A stretch of DNA of 64,000 nt from Bacillota bacterium (GTDB taxonomy: Bacteria; Bacillota; JAAYKD01). The notes beneath the pieces were generated by a model. The model was not told the DNA's origin. It saw only the letters and a program-made list of their open reading frames with translations, and made no database searches. The DNA lies in NCBI GenBank assembly GCA_963666425.2, contig OY762825.2, forward strand, positions 1,920,001 through 1,984,000, written 5' to 3'. Position numbers and translations under genes: made by a program. Positions 29,639 to 38,786 of the stretch are shown here, in pieces; within the stretch, counting starts at the first letter, position 1, and each line of letters opens with the position of its first letter.

Positions 29639-30403
29639 ATGAGAATTGATTTTTATTACTGGGGCTGTCAATGCCCGCTTAATCTGGAGATGATCGGGCT
29701 GCTGCAGCAATATCGGGATGTATTTACTGTCTCTCTGCACGATGTGACCGATGATTTTGCTCTGGCGCAGCAGCAAAAAATGTATTTTCCCACACTGACG
29801 GTGGTCGACTGCCAGGACCGCTTTTTCAGCCCCTTGAAGAAAGCGTGGCTTGATCAACTGGCAGAAGGAAAGCGTCCTACGGAACGGCCCTGGCAGATTG
29901 AGCTGGCAGTCGAACCCTACCAAGCCGAAATCACTGCTTTAACCGCAGTGAATCTGGAGATAGCCTGCCGCTGTACAGGCAAAGACTGCGCAGCCAACTG
30001 CGAAGGCAAAAGATTCTTTCTGCTGCGGCAAAAGCAGCCTATTTATGGTTTCATCCATACGGAACACGGTCTTCTGTTGGGCGGTGCTGAATATCTGCCT
30101 TCACTGCAGGTCCCTTATGCAATTCCGCACCGATCCGATACCGCCTTCTTAACCTGTTCCTATGCGGCATCGGAGAAATTTGATTATAAAACAGCGCCTT
30201 TACGGGCCCTGGAGACTTATTTGTGCGCAGAATTCCGCCAAATCATCGCCATCACAGATGAAACAGGGGTTTTTCCCAACGGTACGCTCGACTTCTTTTT
30301 AGCCAATGGCTATACCGATCAGGGTGTGATTGCGGAGGAAAGCGGTTACTGCAAATTGCATTTGGTGCAAAAACAATTACAGCAGGCAGCTGGTTCAAAA
30401 TAG
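29639..30403 (+). CDS. YoaP-like thioredoxin-fold plus GNAT-like protein
   Basis: N-terminal YYWGCQCP; GGAEYLP, AFLTC and FPNGTLDFFLANGY GNAT-like segments. Confidence 0.6.
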   Translation: MRIDFYYWGCQCPLNLEMIGLLQQYRDVFTVSLHDVTDDFALAQQQKMYFPTLTVVDCQDRFFSPLKKAWLDQLAEGKRPTERPWQIELAVEPYQAEITALTAVNLEIACRCTGKDCAANCEGKRFFLLRQKQPIYGFIHTEHGLLLGGAEYLPSLQVPYAIPHRSDTAFLTCSYAASEKFDYKTAPLRALETYLCAEFRQIIAITDETGVFPNGTLDFFLANGYTDQGVIAEESGYCKLHLVQKQLQQAAGSK

Positions 30404-30559
30404 AAAAGCACCGGAATTGTCAGCCTAGCAGGCCAAACAATTCCGGTGTTCCTTTTACTAAATTTTAAGCTGTTGTTTTTGGAATGTCCGCGACTTTCGT
30501 CACATCGTTCCGCTGAATATACGGGATTCGCGCCGGCGTTTTTGTTTTGCAGCCGGTCA

Positions 30560-31288
30560 CTACGTATCATGCATGTAATCCAGCTGCCATTGGGCGGTAT
30601 TCACCCGAGGCAGGCAGAATTTTCTCGGCAGTATTGGCTGCCGCAAAAAGATTGTATCAACTCCGTGGCGGTACCGCAGACTGTGTTGGGCTTGGCGGGC
30701 TAATTCAAGCTGAGCCAAGGCAATCACGCTGTTGGATACGACAACTGTGATCAGTGAATAAATCAATTTTCCCGCCGGCAGATAAACCAGGGAAAGCAAA
30801 AGAATTGCTACATCCGTCACAGTATACCAAAGAGAGATCTTTATATGAAATTTTTCCCGCATGATCAGGGCGATGGAGGCGTCTCAGCCGGATGCGGCTC
30901 CGGCTTTCAGCAGGAGTCCCTCCCCGAGACCAACAAAGAGTCCGCCCAGAACAGCTGCTGTAATCGGCACTTGGGATAAATCCGGCAGCAGCGGAGGAAA
31001 GTATCCGTAAAGTCCATAGAAAGCGGCAAAGGCAACCGAAGCCAAAAGAGAAGCGCCGGCGAATTTTTTGCCAAAAATAACAATGCCAAGCAGAATACCC
31101 AGCATGTCCAGCACGAAGCAGGTCACAGAGATTGGTATTTCAGCTCACTGATAAGTCAGGAGCGCAAGCCCTACACTGCCACCTTCCGCAATGCTGCATC
31201 TGGAATGGATATTATAAATTCCAAATGATGTGGTCGCCGCGCCCAGCAGGATTAAGCCGAGTCTGCTTAAGCGTTTTGATGAAAACAT
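30560..31288 (-). pseudogene. YitT family membrane protein interrupted by two in-frame TGA codons
   Basis: Three ORF-track fragments share one frame: IAEGGSVGLALLTYQ*AEIPIS (TGA 31147-31145) and GAASG*DASIALI (TGA 30886-30884); EGG and GLFVGLG YitT motifs. Confidence 0.8.
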
Positions 31289-31316
31289 GATGTCAAACCC
31301 TTTCATAAATGTTATA

Positions 31317-31365
31317 TATCGTATACGATACTTCATATTATAAAGGATCAAATTAAATTTGTCAA
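31317..31365 (-). promoter_or_regulatory. Consensus sigma-A promoter with downstream palindromic operator
   Basis: TTGACA (31365-31360)-N17-TATAAT (31342-31337); perfect palindrome TATCGTATACGATA at 31317-31330. Confidence 0.8.
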
Positions 31366-31380
31366 ATTGACAAGTCGAAC

Positions 31381-31480
31381 GGAAGTCAGCGGAAGCGAGC
31401 GGAGTCAGGCGGGAAACAGGGATAATCAGGGATTACGGCAGATTGGCAGGAAATAACAGGGATAGCCACGATTGGGCAGA
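31381..31480. repeat. Degenerate ~10-nt periodic purine-rich tandem repeat
   Basis: ggaagtcagc ggaagcgagc ggagtcaggc gggaaacagg gataatcagg gattacggca gattggcagg aaataacagg gatagccacg. Confidence 0.55.
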
Positions 31481-31488
31481 CTATTTGC

Positions 31489-31866
31489 TTAAGTAAAGGC
31501 ATTTTTATAATGCTGCAGATCCAGAACCATCCCGCTTTGCTTTTGCAGCCAGATGGAAACGATATCAAATTGGTATTCCGGCTCTGTTTTACACTCCAGC
31601 ATGATATAGTAGAGAGCTAAATTACGCAGCTTTTGCCGCTTTTTGGCGTTTACAGCTAAATATGCCTCGCCGAAGGCGGTACTCGTGCGGGATTTCACTT
31701 CCACAAAAATCAGGGAACTGCCGAGAGAACAAACGATATCCAGCTCTCCGATGGGGGTACGGTAATTCCTTTGCAGAATCCGATAACCAGATTTTTGCAG
31801 ATAAGCAGCGGCTGCCGCTTCGCTCAATGCCCCAATGGTTTTAGAATCCAACACGGTAAGTGACAC
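31489..31866 (-). CDS. YraN family (UPF0102) predicted endonuclease
   Basis: GYRILQRNYR, GELDIV, FVEVKSR, YQFDIVSI. Confidence 0.92.
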   Translation of the reverse strand: MSLTVLDSKTIGALSEAAAAAYLQKSGYRILQRNYRTPIGELDIVCSLGSSLIFVEVKSRTSTAFGEAYLAVNAKKRQKLRNLALYYIMLECKTEPEYQFDIVSIWLQKQSGMVLDLQHYKNAFT

Positions 31867-32040
31867 CTCACAGTCTCATTGAAAAAATTCCAGAAATCCA
31901 TGCCATACATCTAAAATTTAATTAGGATACGGCAGTGCTAAAAGCATCATAACTGCCAGCCAATAAGAGCCGTTACACGAACCGGCAGCCAACACTCCGG
32001 AGAATTGCCTCCGGTTTCACCCTGTTTCTCGTTTGAACGG

Positions 32041-32685
32041 TTAGAGGTGAATCGTGCGGTGATCAATCTCAATGATTCCTTCCTGTTTTAGCTTTTTCAA
32101 CTCCCTGAAAAGCGATGGCCTTTGCACGCCCAGGTAGTCGGCAAATTCTTTTTTGCTGAACGGGAGAACAATTTCAGAAGAGCCTTGCATAACGGACTGC
32201 TGCCTGAAATAGTCCATAATGTTTTCTCGCAGCGCTTTTTGGGTCAGCATGGTGATTTTTCGATTCATACCTTGCGAATTCATTGACAAAGATTTTATAT
32301 ACTGCAGGACAAAGTGATAATCACGGAGGAATTCCAGCACTGCGTCTCGCGACAAATAAAGCAAATCGCAAGCTGTTACACTATAAATATTGAGTGGATA
32401 GGTGTTGTTGTCGCCAAAAAGCAAATTAGCTCCAATGATATTGTTTTCCCGAAACTCAAACATTGAATTGGCAGAACCATTTTCCGCTAAAGAATAGGCA
32501 ACAAGATTGCCTGATAATACAACGTCAAGCGCGCTGCAGGCATCATGTTGATGATGAACGGTTACTCCTTTTGCATAATGTCTGACGCATACTTGATTTT
32601 CCACAAGACATCGATTCAAAACGTCGTCATCTATCCCCGAAAGCAAGGCGATCTGCCGTATCTCTTCAATTGTCACCTGTATCAC
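32041..32685 (-). CDS. Crp/Fnr family transcriptional regulator
   Basis: cNMP-binding-like N-terminus, HTH FADYLGVQRPSLFRELKKL. Confidence 0.92.
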   Translation of the reverse strand: MIQVTIEEIRQIALLSGIDDDVLNRCLVENQVCVRHYAKGVTVHHQHDACSALDVVLSGNLVAYSLAENGSANSMFEFRENNIIGANLLFGDNNTYPLNIYSVTACDLLYLSRDAVLEFLRDYHFVLQYIKSLSMNSQGMNRKITMLTQKALRENIMDYFRQQSVMQGSSEIVLPFSKKEFADYLGVQRPSLFRELKKLKQEGIIEIDHRTIHL

Positions 32686-32709
32686 CTCTTTTGAAACATC
32701 ATAGCATAA

Positions 32710-32725
32710 AGAAACATAGGTGTCT
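32710..32725. promoter_or_regulatory. Putative Crp/Fnr-type operator between divergent genes
   Basis: Imperfect palindrome AGAAAC-ATAG-GTGTCT. Confidence 0.45.
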
Positions 32726-32781
32726 ATTTCAAATGAAAAAAACCCCCTATAATGCTATCAAATAGACATAGGAGGTATTTT

Positions 32782-33264
32782 ATGGATGTATTGACTTTGG
32801 CAATGTGGATCGGGACCGCAATTTTTCTCGTATTCTCTCTGATTAGGGATAAGAAAAAAACAAAACAAGCGCTGAAAATGGCATTTGGCATGGGCAAAGG
32901 GATGTTGGGCAGTATTTTATCGATTATTTTTCTAATCGGGTTGATCCTGACTCTCTTACCGCCTGCAAACATTGCCGAGTTCGTCAGCAAGCAATCGGTG
33001 CTTTTGGCCACTGTAATCGCTGCTGCGTTTGGCGCAATTACCCTAATCCCGGCATTTATCGCTTTCCCGCTGGTCGGTACGCTTGTACACGCGGGTGTGG
33101 GCATCGTTCCATCCGTTGCTTTTCTGACCACGCTGACGATGGTTGGCATCGTCACATTCCCACTGGAAATACGTGAATTCGGCGTGAAATTCACTGTCGT
33201 AAGAAATGGTCTGAGTTTTGTATTTGCAATACTGATTGCACTCGTTATGGGGGTGATTATATGA
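32782..33264 (+). CDS. Permease (DUF318-like, small subunit)
   Basis: AGGAGG RBS; GAITLIPAFIAFPL, E..EFGVKFT..RN motifs. Confidence 0.85.
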   Translation: MDVLTLAMWIGTAIFLVFSLIRDKKKTKQALKMAFGMGKGMLGSILSIIFLIGLILTLLPPANIAEFVSKQSVLLATVIAAAFGAITLIPAFIAFPLVGTLVHAGVGIVPSVAFLTTLTMVGIVTFPLEIREFGVKFTVVRNGLSFVFAILIALVMGVII

Positions 33265-33986
33265 TGTTGATTCGCAAGGCAAAAGAAAATTTGTTTATCC
33301 TATTGATTGCGGCAGCTTACCTGGCTGTTTTTGTGGTAAATCAGAATTTGGGGATTGCTTCTGTTCAAAACAGTTTCTACTATATCAAAGAAATGATCAT
33401 GATCATGCCGGTCATCTTTATTTTGACAGCTCTGCTGGATTTATGGGTTCCCAAAGAAAAAATCATCAAGTATCTTGGCAAGGAAGCAAAGATGAAAGGT
33501 GTAGTCCTCTCATTTTTACTGGGCAGCATCTCTGCCGGACCGATCTATGCGGCATTTCCACTCTGTGTGATGCTGCATAAGAAAGGCGCTTCGGTCAGAA
33601 ATCTGGTGATCATTTTAAGCGCCTGGGCGGTAATCAAGGTTCCTATGCTGCTGAATGAGATGAAGTTTCTGGGACTTCAATTTATGGCGGTTCGTTGGGT
33701 CTTAACTGTGATTGCCATCCTGATTTTTTCCTGGATTACGGCAAAGGTTGTCCAAGATAAGGATCTATCTCAGCAAAAGAGAAATCAGAATGGTCCTTCT
33801 ATCAACAAATCCGCCTGCATGGGATGTTCTTTGTGTGCTAAAAATTACCCGGAATTATTTGAAATGCGGGACAAGAAGGCTTCACTCAAAACAATAGACG
33901 GGGCAATCGATCAGGAAAAACTTAGGCAGGCAATCAGCTCCTGCCCCGTGATGGCAATCTCATCCTCTGAAGAGGATGAAAAATAA
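33261..33986 (+). CDS. Permease fused to C-terminal ferredoxin domain
   Basis: GSISAGPIYAAFP..KKGA, KVPMLLNE permease motifs, then CMGCSLC...CPVMAI Fe-S motif. Confidence 0.85.
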   Translation: MMLIRKAKENLFILLIAAAYLAVFVVNQNLGIASVQNSFYYIKEMIMIMPVIFILTALLDLWVPKEKIIKYLGKEAKMKGVVLSFLLGSISAGPIYAAFPLCVMLHKKGASVRNLVIILSAWAVIKVPMLLNEMKFLGLQFMAVRWVLTVIAILIFSWITAKVVQDKDLSQQKRNQNGPSINKSACMGCSLCAKNYPELFEMRDKKASLKTIDGAIDQEKLRQAISSCPVMAISSSEEDEK

Positions 33987-34087
33987 TGCAGAATAACGAA
34001 CGGAACAGCATGTTTTTTTATCAAATGCTTGCAAGAAGGGTTTAACCGCACGGCTAAACCCTTCTGCTCTATTCAGCAAGGTATTCG

Positions 34088-34636
34088 CTATTTACTTTCA
34101 ATAGATTCTTCATCCAGCTTCAGTGAATAATAGGCATGCGGATAATCCGCGCCGTGAAAATGGTACGTCTTTGTTTCGCCGCTGTCCTGAAAGCCGCAGC
34201 GCAGTGCAAGCGCGATGGAGCGCTGGTTGGTCAAAGCAATACAAGCCCGTATCTCGCTGACCGGCATGGCTTCTCTGACAAAACGGATGGTTTCCTGCAA
34301 TGCTTCAAAGGCATAACCTTTGCCCCAATAAGGTTTCTGCATGTCGTAGCCAACTTCCACAATGCCGGCCTTTTTTTGCCAGCAATGCAAGCCGATCGTG
34401 CCGAGTTTGGCATTGTCTTCTTTGCGGATGATGACCCAGCGATTCCATTTTTCTTCTGTTTGATTGGTGTAAAAATTGATCAGTTCATCCGCTTCCTGCA
34501 GGGTGGCCACCGGTTCCGCATCGTAGAGGTACTGATTGACATCAGGGTCAGAAAATTCACTTAAGACAAAATAACGGTCAAGCGGACAAATTCTTCTGAG
34601 AAAAAGTCTTTCTGTGTTACGGTTTGGGAAAAGCAT
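34088..34636 (-). CDS. GNAT N-acetyltransferase (RimJ/RimL-like)
   Basis: TERLFLR, EVGY, YWGKGYA, NQRS...GF. Confidence 0.9.
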   Translation of the reverse strand: MLFPNRNTERLFLRRICPLDRYFVLSEFSDPDVNQYLYDAEPVATLQEADELINFYTNQTEEKWNRWVIIRKEDNAKLGTIGLHCWQKKAGIVEVGYDMQKPYWGKGYAFEALQETIRFVREAMPVSEIRACIALTNQRSIALALRCGFQDSGETKTYHFHGADYPHAYYSLKLDEESIESK

Positions 34637-35177
34637 GATATTCCTCCTCTAAAAGTGCAAAGTAAAGATCGTCGAACCATTCTTCCCCCGCTTTGAAACT
34701 CTTGATAAAATGGCCTTCCTGGCGCATGCCCATTTTGCGAACCAGTGCAATCGATTTGAGATTGCGCGGATCGATGGAAGCGGTGATTCGATGTTTGTGC
34801 AGATGGGTAAACAGATAGTCAAATACAGCAGACATTGCTTCGCTGGCGTAACCTCGACCCTGGAAGGCAGGTGCCAGGGTAATACCGATTTCCACCTGCG
34901 CTGTGTCTGTTAAAAAGTGCAGTCCCAAATCTCCGATCATCGTCTGGTTTTCAGCCAAACAGATCGCCAATTGGAACCAACTGTCCGGCAGATCGGGCTG
35001 TTCTGCCAGCATCTGCCAGAAAACAGCCTGCTGTTGTTCGTTCGCCGCAGCAAAACCTTGATATTGATAGACTTCCGGCAGCGCACGGTAGAAAAACAGG
35101 GTGTCAGCATCAGCCCGCTGCAGACTGCGCAGGACTAAACGGGCTGTTGTGATTGGCAGAAAAGCCGGAACCGGCAT
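34617..35177 (-). CDS. GNAT N-acetyltransferase (RimJ/RimL-like)
   Basis: TARLVLR, EIGITL, FQGRGYASEA, DPRN..S, GMRQEG. Confidence 0.9.
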   Translation of the reverse strand: MPVPAFLPITTARLVLRSLQRADADTLFFYRALPEVYQYQGFAAANEQQQAVFWQMLAEQPDLPDSWFQLAICLAENQTMIGDLGLHFLTDTAQVEIGITLAPAFQGRGYASEAMSAVFDYLFTHLHKHRITASIDPRNLKSIALVRKMGMRQEGHFIKSFKAGEEWFDDLYFALLEEEYHAFPKP

Positions 35178-35390
35178 CGTAAAACCTCCTATGCAGCAAG
35201 TTCTTCTCTTTTCGATTCAGACATAAGAAAACCCTGCCATGATTCGCAACGGAATGCTGATTTCCTATTTGACTATTGCGGCGTTCTCTTGTAAAATAGT
35301 GTCAATTACTCCATGTTCCCCGTGCAGCAGCTTTCGGTTCGCTGCAGAATAATCAAATGGCAGAGAAAAACTCTTAAAGGAGAGAACGAG

Positions 35391-36875
35391 ATGTCAGAAC
35401 TTCTCATTCGGAATGTTCGTTTGCTGGATGGCAGCGGCGCACCCTGGCAGCGAGGCAGTCTGTTGGTGCAAAACGGTAAAATCGCTGCGATGGGAGCCTT
35501 AGATCTTACGGCAGAACAGGAAATAGACGGTCATGATGGTTATCTGACGCCTGGTTTTATTGATATTCATACGCATGGCGACCGGGGAATTCTGCAATTT
35601 CCCGCAGCAGAGAATTACCTCCGTCAAGGCGTTACCACCCTGATCGGTGGGAATTGCGGCGGTTCCAGCTATCCCATCGGCATCCATCGCTCGGCTGTCG
35701 CGCAAATCGGCACGTCTCTGCATTATGGGCTCCTGGTGGGGCATGGCAGCATTCGTGAAGATGTGATGGGGATGGAAATGCGTCACCCCACAGCAGGCGA
35801 GCAGGTGAGAATGGAAGCCCTGACGGAAGCAGCCATGGCGCAGGGAGCGCTGGGTATGTCCTTCGGTCTCTATTATACACCGGGCAGTTATGCTAAAAAA
35901 CAGGAAGTAGTGGGTTTAGCCAAAGCAGTTGCCAGACACAATGGTTTTATCAGTATCCATATGCGGGATGAAAGCGATTATAATATCGGTTTGCTTGCTT
36001 CGGTGGAGGAAGCGATTGATATTGCCCGTCAGGCGGAAGTACCGCTGCAAATATCCCATTTGAAATGCTTGGGTAAATCGGTTTGGGGTAAAGCGGAACA
36101 AGTGCTGGCTCTCCTGGACGCGGCAAGAGCGGAAGGGCTGGAGATCAGTTTTGACCAATATCCTTATCTGGCTTCCGGAACCTCTTTGGTCGGCGCTTTG
36201 GTGCCGGGTTGGGCTCAAGCTGGCGGAACAGAGGCCATGCGGCAGCGTCTGCAGGATAGTGCTTTGCGCGCGCAGCTGCGGCTGGAAATGATGGCCAATC
36301 TGGAGCGCAGAGGCGGACCGGACAGTCTGCTGATCGCCGCTTGTCCGGCAACACCTTCCTTTAGCGGCACTAGCCTGAAGGAAGCCGCTGAGATTCTGCA
36401 GCTGGAAGCGGTCGATGCGGCTTTGATCATGATTGAAAAGGGTCCGGTTCAGATTGTCTCCTTTAATATGCAGGAAGCAGATCTGCGCAAAATCATGCAG
36501 CATCCGCTGGGCATGATCGGATCGGACGGCAGTATTGTGAAATTCGGCAAAGATGTGCCGCATCCCCGCTATTACGGTACGTTCCCGCGGGTCTTGGGCT
36601 ATTACGCCTTGCAGGAGGGAGTCATCACGCTGGCAGAAGCAGTGCGCCGAATGACATCCGCTCCGGCCGCTCGTTTGCATTTATGGGACAGAGGTTTGCT
36701 GCGTCCCGGCCTGCAAGCGGATCTGACCCTGTTTGACGGCAATACCATCCGGGATAACGCTACCTATGACAACCCGCATCGTTATGGCAGCGGCATTGAA
36801 CTGGTGGTGGTAGCCGGCCGGATTGCACTGCGGGACGGCGTGCTGCTGGATGCCAAAGCGGGAACCGTTCTATAA
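35391..36875 (+). CDS. N-acyl-D-amino-acid deacylase (D-aminoacylase)
   Basis: PGFIDIHTH, GNCG, HMRDE, ISHLK, DQYPY, GSDG, HPRYYGTFPRVL. Confidence 0.92.
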   Translation: MSELLIRNVRLLDGSGAPWQRGSLLVQNGKIAAMGALDLTAEQEIDGHDGYLTPGFIDIHTHGDRGILQFPAAENYLRQGVTTLIGGNCGGSSYPIGIHRSAVAQIGTSLHYGLLVGHGSIREDVMGMEMRHPTAGEQVRMEALTEAAMAQGALGMSFGLYYTPGSYAKKQEVVGLAKAVARHNGFISIHMRDESDYNIGLLASVEEAIDIARQAEVPLQISHLKCLGKSVWGKAEQVLALLDAARAEGLEISFDQYPYLASGTSLVGALVPGWAQAGGTEAMRQRLQDSALRAQLRLEMMANLERRGGPDSLLIAACPATPSFSGTSLKEAAEILQLEAVDAALIMIEKGPVQIVSFNMQEADLRKIMQHPLGMIGSDGSIVKFGKDVPHPRYYGTFPRVLGYYALQEGVITLAEAVRRMTSAPAARLHLWDRGLLRPGLQADLTLFDGNTIRDNATYDNPHRYGSGIELVVVAGRIALRDGVLLDAKAGTVL

Positions 36876-36949
36876 AGACTGATTGAAAGTTCATTAAAAT
36901 TCCCACAGCCAGCGTTAGGAATGCTGTAAGCTGAAATAGATAACAAAAA

Positions 36950-38770
36950 GGGGCTGTAGCAAAACAGCCTAAAAAAACAGAGCCAAGTGGCTGCGAAAAG
37001 CAGACACAAGGCTCTGTTTTTTTGGTATAATTGAATCGTGAAAAAACCACTACACCGTGTCCATTATGGCACGAAAAAAAGAAATGTGCAACTAAAACTT
37101 GACGAATTTTTTGCTGAGAAAATAATTCCTGCAGATGACAGTGTGCGGCTCTTAGACGAAATAATGGAGGAGATGGATGAGACCCCGCTTTGGAGAGCAT
37201 ATCAACGCACAGGCCGTCGCCCGGCAACAAATCCCGTTACCATGCTGAAGCTAATGGTATATGCCAGTATGCAAGGCATTTTTTCCAGCCGCGCCATCGC
37301 CATGGCATGTAAGCGAGATATCAATTTCATCTGGCTGCTCAATGGAAAAAAAGCACCTAACCACAGCGAAATCGCGCGTTTTCGAAGTAAACGGCTGACA
37401 AAATGCGGTGAGGAGCTTTTCTACCAATTGGTGAAAAAGCTGGCAAACTTGAGTGAAATCAAGTTTGAGCATCTGTTTGTAGACGGGACAAAACTCGAAG
37501 CGAATGCGAACAAGTATAGCTTTGTCTGGAAAAAAAGCACGACGAAATATGAAAGCAGGCTACTTGACAAACTGTCGAAGTGGCTGCCTGAGCTGTCTGC
37601 AAAATACGGTATTCTGGCAGAAACGTCGGAAGATTTGCTGCAGATCCTCGAGCGCCGGATAACCGCACCGTTTGTCTACGGCAAGGGCAAGCGAAAAAGC
37701 GAGTTGCAAAGGGATATCGAGCAGCTTCGGGAACTGCTCGGCCGGAAAGAAAAGTATGCCGGATATCAAACGACCTTCCAAGGGCGGAATAGCTTCTCTA
37801 AAATTGATCCGGATGCGACTTTCATGCATATGAAAGACGATCATATGCGTAACGCGCAATTGAAACCGGGTTATAACATCCAACTTGGAGTGGAAGGTGA
37901 ATATATTACAGGTGTCCAGGTTTCCAGTGAGCGCAGCGATCAGCTTACACTCATACCCTTGCTGGAAAATATGGAATCACATCTGGGGACAAGTTACGAA
38001 GATGTCACAGCGGATGCGGGTTATGAGAGCGAGGAAAATTACACCTTTTTTGAAAATAAAACCACACAGTGTTACATTAAGCCTCAAAATTATGAGCGGT
38101 CTAAAACGAAGAAATACAAGAGCAACATGGCGCTGAGGGAAAACATGGCCTATGACAAGACACTGGATGAATACACCTGTCAGGCTGAAAAGAAGCTCAG
38201 AGCAGTTTATACAGGCAAACGTAAGAGCAAGTCTGGTTTTGAAAGTGAGATCACCTACTACGCATGTGAGGATTGCGGAACGTGTCCCTATAAAAAGAAA
38301 TGCACCCGATCGAAGGGAAACAGGAAACTGCAGGTCTCCAAGAAATTCATTGAGCAGCGTCAACAGTCACTGGAGCGGATCACCAGTGCCAAGGGGATCT
38401 TGCTGCGGATGAATCGTTCCATTCAGTCAGAAGGAGCCTTCGGCGTGATCAAGCAGGATTACGGCTTCCGTCAGTTCCTGCTCCGCGGCAATAAAAAGGT
38501 TTTGGCAGAGATTCTTTTGGTGGCAATGGGCTACAACATCAACAAATTACACAACAAGATTCAACAAAATCGCACCGGCAGACAATTGTTTAAAAAACTT
38601 ACGGCTTAACAATAGTAAAAATCAGAATATTTCCTGTATTTGGGTGAGATTTTATCTGACCTTTATATTTCTGTCTGCTGTTTTTCGTATTAGCTTGTTT
38701 TTCGTTTGTGAAAAATGATACTGGAGCATCAAAAAGAGACTGTAGCAATTTTTCATTTTGCTACAGCCCC
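36950..38770 (+). mobile_element. IS1182-family insertion sequence, copy 1 (1821 bp)
   Basis: Terminal inverted repeats GGGGCTGTAGCAAAA / TTTTGCTACAGCCCC; same ends, length and encoded protein as 42297..44117. Confidence 0.92.
37038..38609 (+). CDS. IS1182-family DDE transposase
   Basis: GRRPAT.P..MLK, FVDGTKLEANANKYSFVW, DPDATFM, ADAGY, EGAFGVIK. Confidence 0.95.
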   Translation: MKKPLHRVHYGTKKRNVQLKLDEFFAEKIIPADDSVRLLDEIMEEMDETPLWRAYQRTGRRPATNPVTMLKLMVYASMQGIFSSRAIAMACKRDINFIWLLNGKKAPNHSEIARFRSKRLTKCGEELFYQLVKKLANLSEIKFEHLFVDGTKLEANANKYSFVWKKSTTKYESRLLDKLSKWLPELSAKYGILAETSEDLLQILERRITAPFVYGKGKRKSELQRDIEQLRELLGRKEKYAGYQTTFQGRNSFSKIDPDATFMHMKDDHMRNAQLKPGYNIQLGVEGEYITGVQVSSERSDQLTLIPLLENMESHLGTSYEDVTADAGYESEENYTFFENKTTQCYIKPQNYERSKTKKYKSNMALRENMAYDKTLDEYTCQAEKKLRAVYTGKRKSKSGFESEITYYACEDCGTCPYKKKCTRSKGNRKLQVSKKFIEQRQQSLERITSAKGILLRMNRSIQSEGAFGVIKQDYGFRQFLLRGNKKVLAEILLVAMGYNINKLHNKIQQNRTGRQLFKKLTA

Positions 38771-38786
38771 TTTTTACTGGATGATG

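Noticed and set aside
31381-31480. Possible CRISPR array
   Set aside because: Units are about 10 nt and degenerate, with no repeat-spacer structure and no cas genes; the Cas4-like Cys motifs in the window belong to AddAB.
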